Of a stretch of 64,000 nucleotides of DNA, positions 61,797 to 64,000 are shown piece after piece. Origin of the DNA: Peribolospora baueri (lineage: Eukaryota). The DNA is taken from assembly GCA_029717555.1 (NCBI GenBank), contig JAMDHS010000013.1:62001-126000 (forward strand), given 5' to 3'. The notes beneath the pieces were generated by a model, which was not told where the DNA came from, did no database searches, and saw only the letters and a list, made by a program, of their open reading frames with translations. Made by a program: the position numbers and the translations under genes. The number at the start of each line of letters is the position of its first letter. The stretch's first letter is position 1.

Positions 61797-63604
61797 ATGA
61801 CCTTTCCTGCGGGGACGCTGAAAGTCGTGAGTCCGTCCGCGTTCAACTCCTGCTACGGGACCTGGATAACTGGCTGACGTCCGAATCGCCCGTGTCATGG
61901 TGTGCGTATGGAGCTCGGACTGAATTGCGGCACCTCCGTAGATGCCATCGACGTTGCCTACTGTGCCATCTCTCCGTCCGTCTCCTCTGGCGGTGCCGAC
62001 ACCCTCGTCCTCAGTCTCCTCGACTATGCCGAGGCCCCCGTGTCGTCCGCGCTCAAGGCACGCGTTTTGCAAGCATGTCGCTCTAATCTGGTGACCATGG
62101 ACGAAATCTGTGACCTTAACTTTGCCCTCGGCGAAGAGTTTGCGCGTGCCGTGACGAGTTTCATGGGCGGGAGAGGCTTGGTCGGAGGCAAGGACGTGGA
62201 CTTGGTCGCCAGTCACGGACAGACGCTCTGGCATATCCCGCTACCAGAAGACGGAGGCAGGAAGTCAACATTGCAGATGGCTGTCAGTAGCCTTGGCTGG
62301 TAGCTGTTTCTTTTCTAAAATCATACTCATCCAATCCCTCTTTCGTTCTTGACCGTACCCCCCCTCGTGCTCGTCTCGCCTCAGGAATCGGCCATTATCG
62401 CGCACAGGACGGGTATCACCACTACTTCCGACTTTCGTGTGGGCGACGTCGCTGCCGGCCGGCAAGGCGCTCCACTCATTGCTTTCCTTGACGCCGCTGT
62501 CCTTGTACACCCTACTCGACTCGTAGCCTCTCAGAACCTCGGAGGAATCGGAAATGTAAGCAATACTGCGTTTCAAAGGTGGAGACAGTATGCTAGCAGT
62601 CTTTCCTTGATGTGTACACTCCGTACTGACTGACGCTCGACTCATTCCCCCCTGTTCCTTGTCCAGGTCGCCGTCATCTTCCCAGAATCGGAAGGCGGCG
62701 TCGATCGATGTTTTGAATTTGACACGGGTCCAGGTAATATCCTAATAGACGCGGCCGTACGTATCGTCACGGACGGGAAGATGGAATATGACAAGGATGG
62801 CGAGCTCGGATCCAAGGGCACGGTGGATCAGGAGACAGTCGACGAGGTGTTGAGCCACCCGTATTTCACCAAGCCCTTGCCGAAGACGACAGGTGAGTTA
62901 GCCATCCGTCCGACCCGATTCGTTCTCTCTTTTTCTTCTGCGCTCGTGGTCTCCATGCTGACGGGTCTATTGCGCTCATTTCAATCACCTGCGTCTCGCG
63001 ACTCGCGATATGCAGGCCGTGAAGTGTTCGGAGACGAACTTGCCGCTTCTCTGGTCGCCCGTCTCCGCAAGAAGGGCCTCACAGACGAGTCCATCATTGC
63101 CACCTTGTCGCGCATCACCGCCGAATCCCTCGTTCTCGCCTACAAGCGCTACCTTCCACCCGGACGCACTATCGACGACCTCTACATGTGCGGCGGAGGC
63201 GCGTTCAATCCCAACATTGTGAAGTATTTGAGGGAGCAGATGCCGGGGACGAAAATCAGCATGCTGGATGACGTCGGCGTGCCGGTGAGTGCATCCGTCG
63301 CCCTCTTATCGTCGCTTCAAGCCTCGATTTTGACCACGCTCTTCTCCCATCCTCGCTTCAGGCCGCCGCGAAAGAAGCCATTTCGTTCGCTCTCCTCGGA
63401 CGCGAATGCGTCGCTGGCAGGGGCGTCATTGTCCCCGACCACGTCGAAACGCGCGACATGGGCGTTCTCGGCAAGATCACTCCCGGAAAGAACTTTGTCG
63501 ATGTGATGACCAAGGTCCTGTCTCGGCGGGACACGGGAGGCGTGAAGGAAGGGCCAGAGCTGGCATATGCGAAGAGGATTGTCGTGAAGCCCTTTTCGAA
63601 CTGA
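61797..63604 (+). CDS. Anhydro-sugar kinase of the AnmK/levoglucosan kinase family, multi-exon
   Basis: [86 protein letters not shown]. Confidence 0.93.
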
Positions 63605-64000
63605 TCGGCAGCCACATGGAATCTCAGGGAGAGGATGGTAGAATCGCTCTAATGCCCTCGCTAGAAAAGCGCTTGCAATGGCATGTCTCGCACCGTGACA
63701 TGACCTCCGTGACAACGTCAATTCGAAACGAGCAGGAAAAGCCTCTTATCACGCCTCGCAACTGGGAGCGTGCGAGTCTACAGTGCCTCTACGGTAGAGA
63801 CCGACAAATAGACACGACGTTATCCACGTCTATCTGACGTCCAAACGTCCACTACATGTCGAGCGCGGGCCGTGAGAGGCGAATGGAGTTTGAGAAATAA
63901 AAATTCCGTCGGGTCACGTTGAGACTGGTAAGATGTGGTTCGGTTAGCCACTTCAAAAGTGGTCAAGGTTATGGACCGACGGCTCCCACGTTTGTGCCAC

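Noticed and set aside
63602..63652. Cryptic peroxisomal signal by stop-codon readthrough of the kinase
   Set aside because: Stop context is TGA-TCG rather than TGA-CTA, and the extension ends ESL, not a PTS1

Overview
GC-rich, intron-dense eukaryotic DNA from a fungus. The short GT-AG introns, GTGAGT/GTGCGT donors and protein families point to a basidiomycete, plausibly Pucciniomycotina (inference). The window holds about 19 protein-coding genes, mostly housekeeping: aconitase, SLC1 acyltransferase, a cyclin, frataxin, IMP4, choline oxidase, a family X DNA polymerase, ASK1, a Csm1/Pcs1-like protein, QCR2, a long-chain acyl-CoA synthetase, an M28 peptidase, BUD23, GTP cyclohydrolase I, Spg1/Tem1, a TLC protein, RPC37 and an RTA1 protein. 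It also has two intron-containing tRNAs, a frameshifted aldo-keto reductase and several degenerate intergenic relics. Best lead: a UNC-93-like MFS transporter directly upstream of an AnmK/levoglucosan-kinase-family gene, with similar promoter motifs, a candidate anhydro-sugar uptake and phosphorylation module. Other leads are a decayed zinc-finger relic resembling DUF3435 recombinase tails, the Pol X/ASK1/Csm1 arrangement around an MCB palindrome, triplicated Aurora-type sites in Ask1, and a PTS1-bearing choline oxidase. All family assignments come from motif recognition by eye; no searches were run, and exon boundaries are manual.
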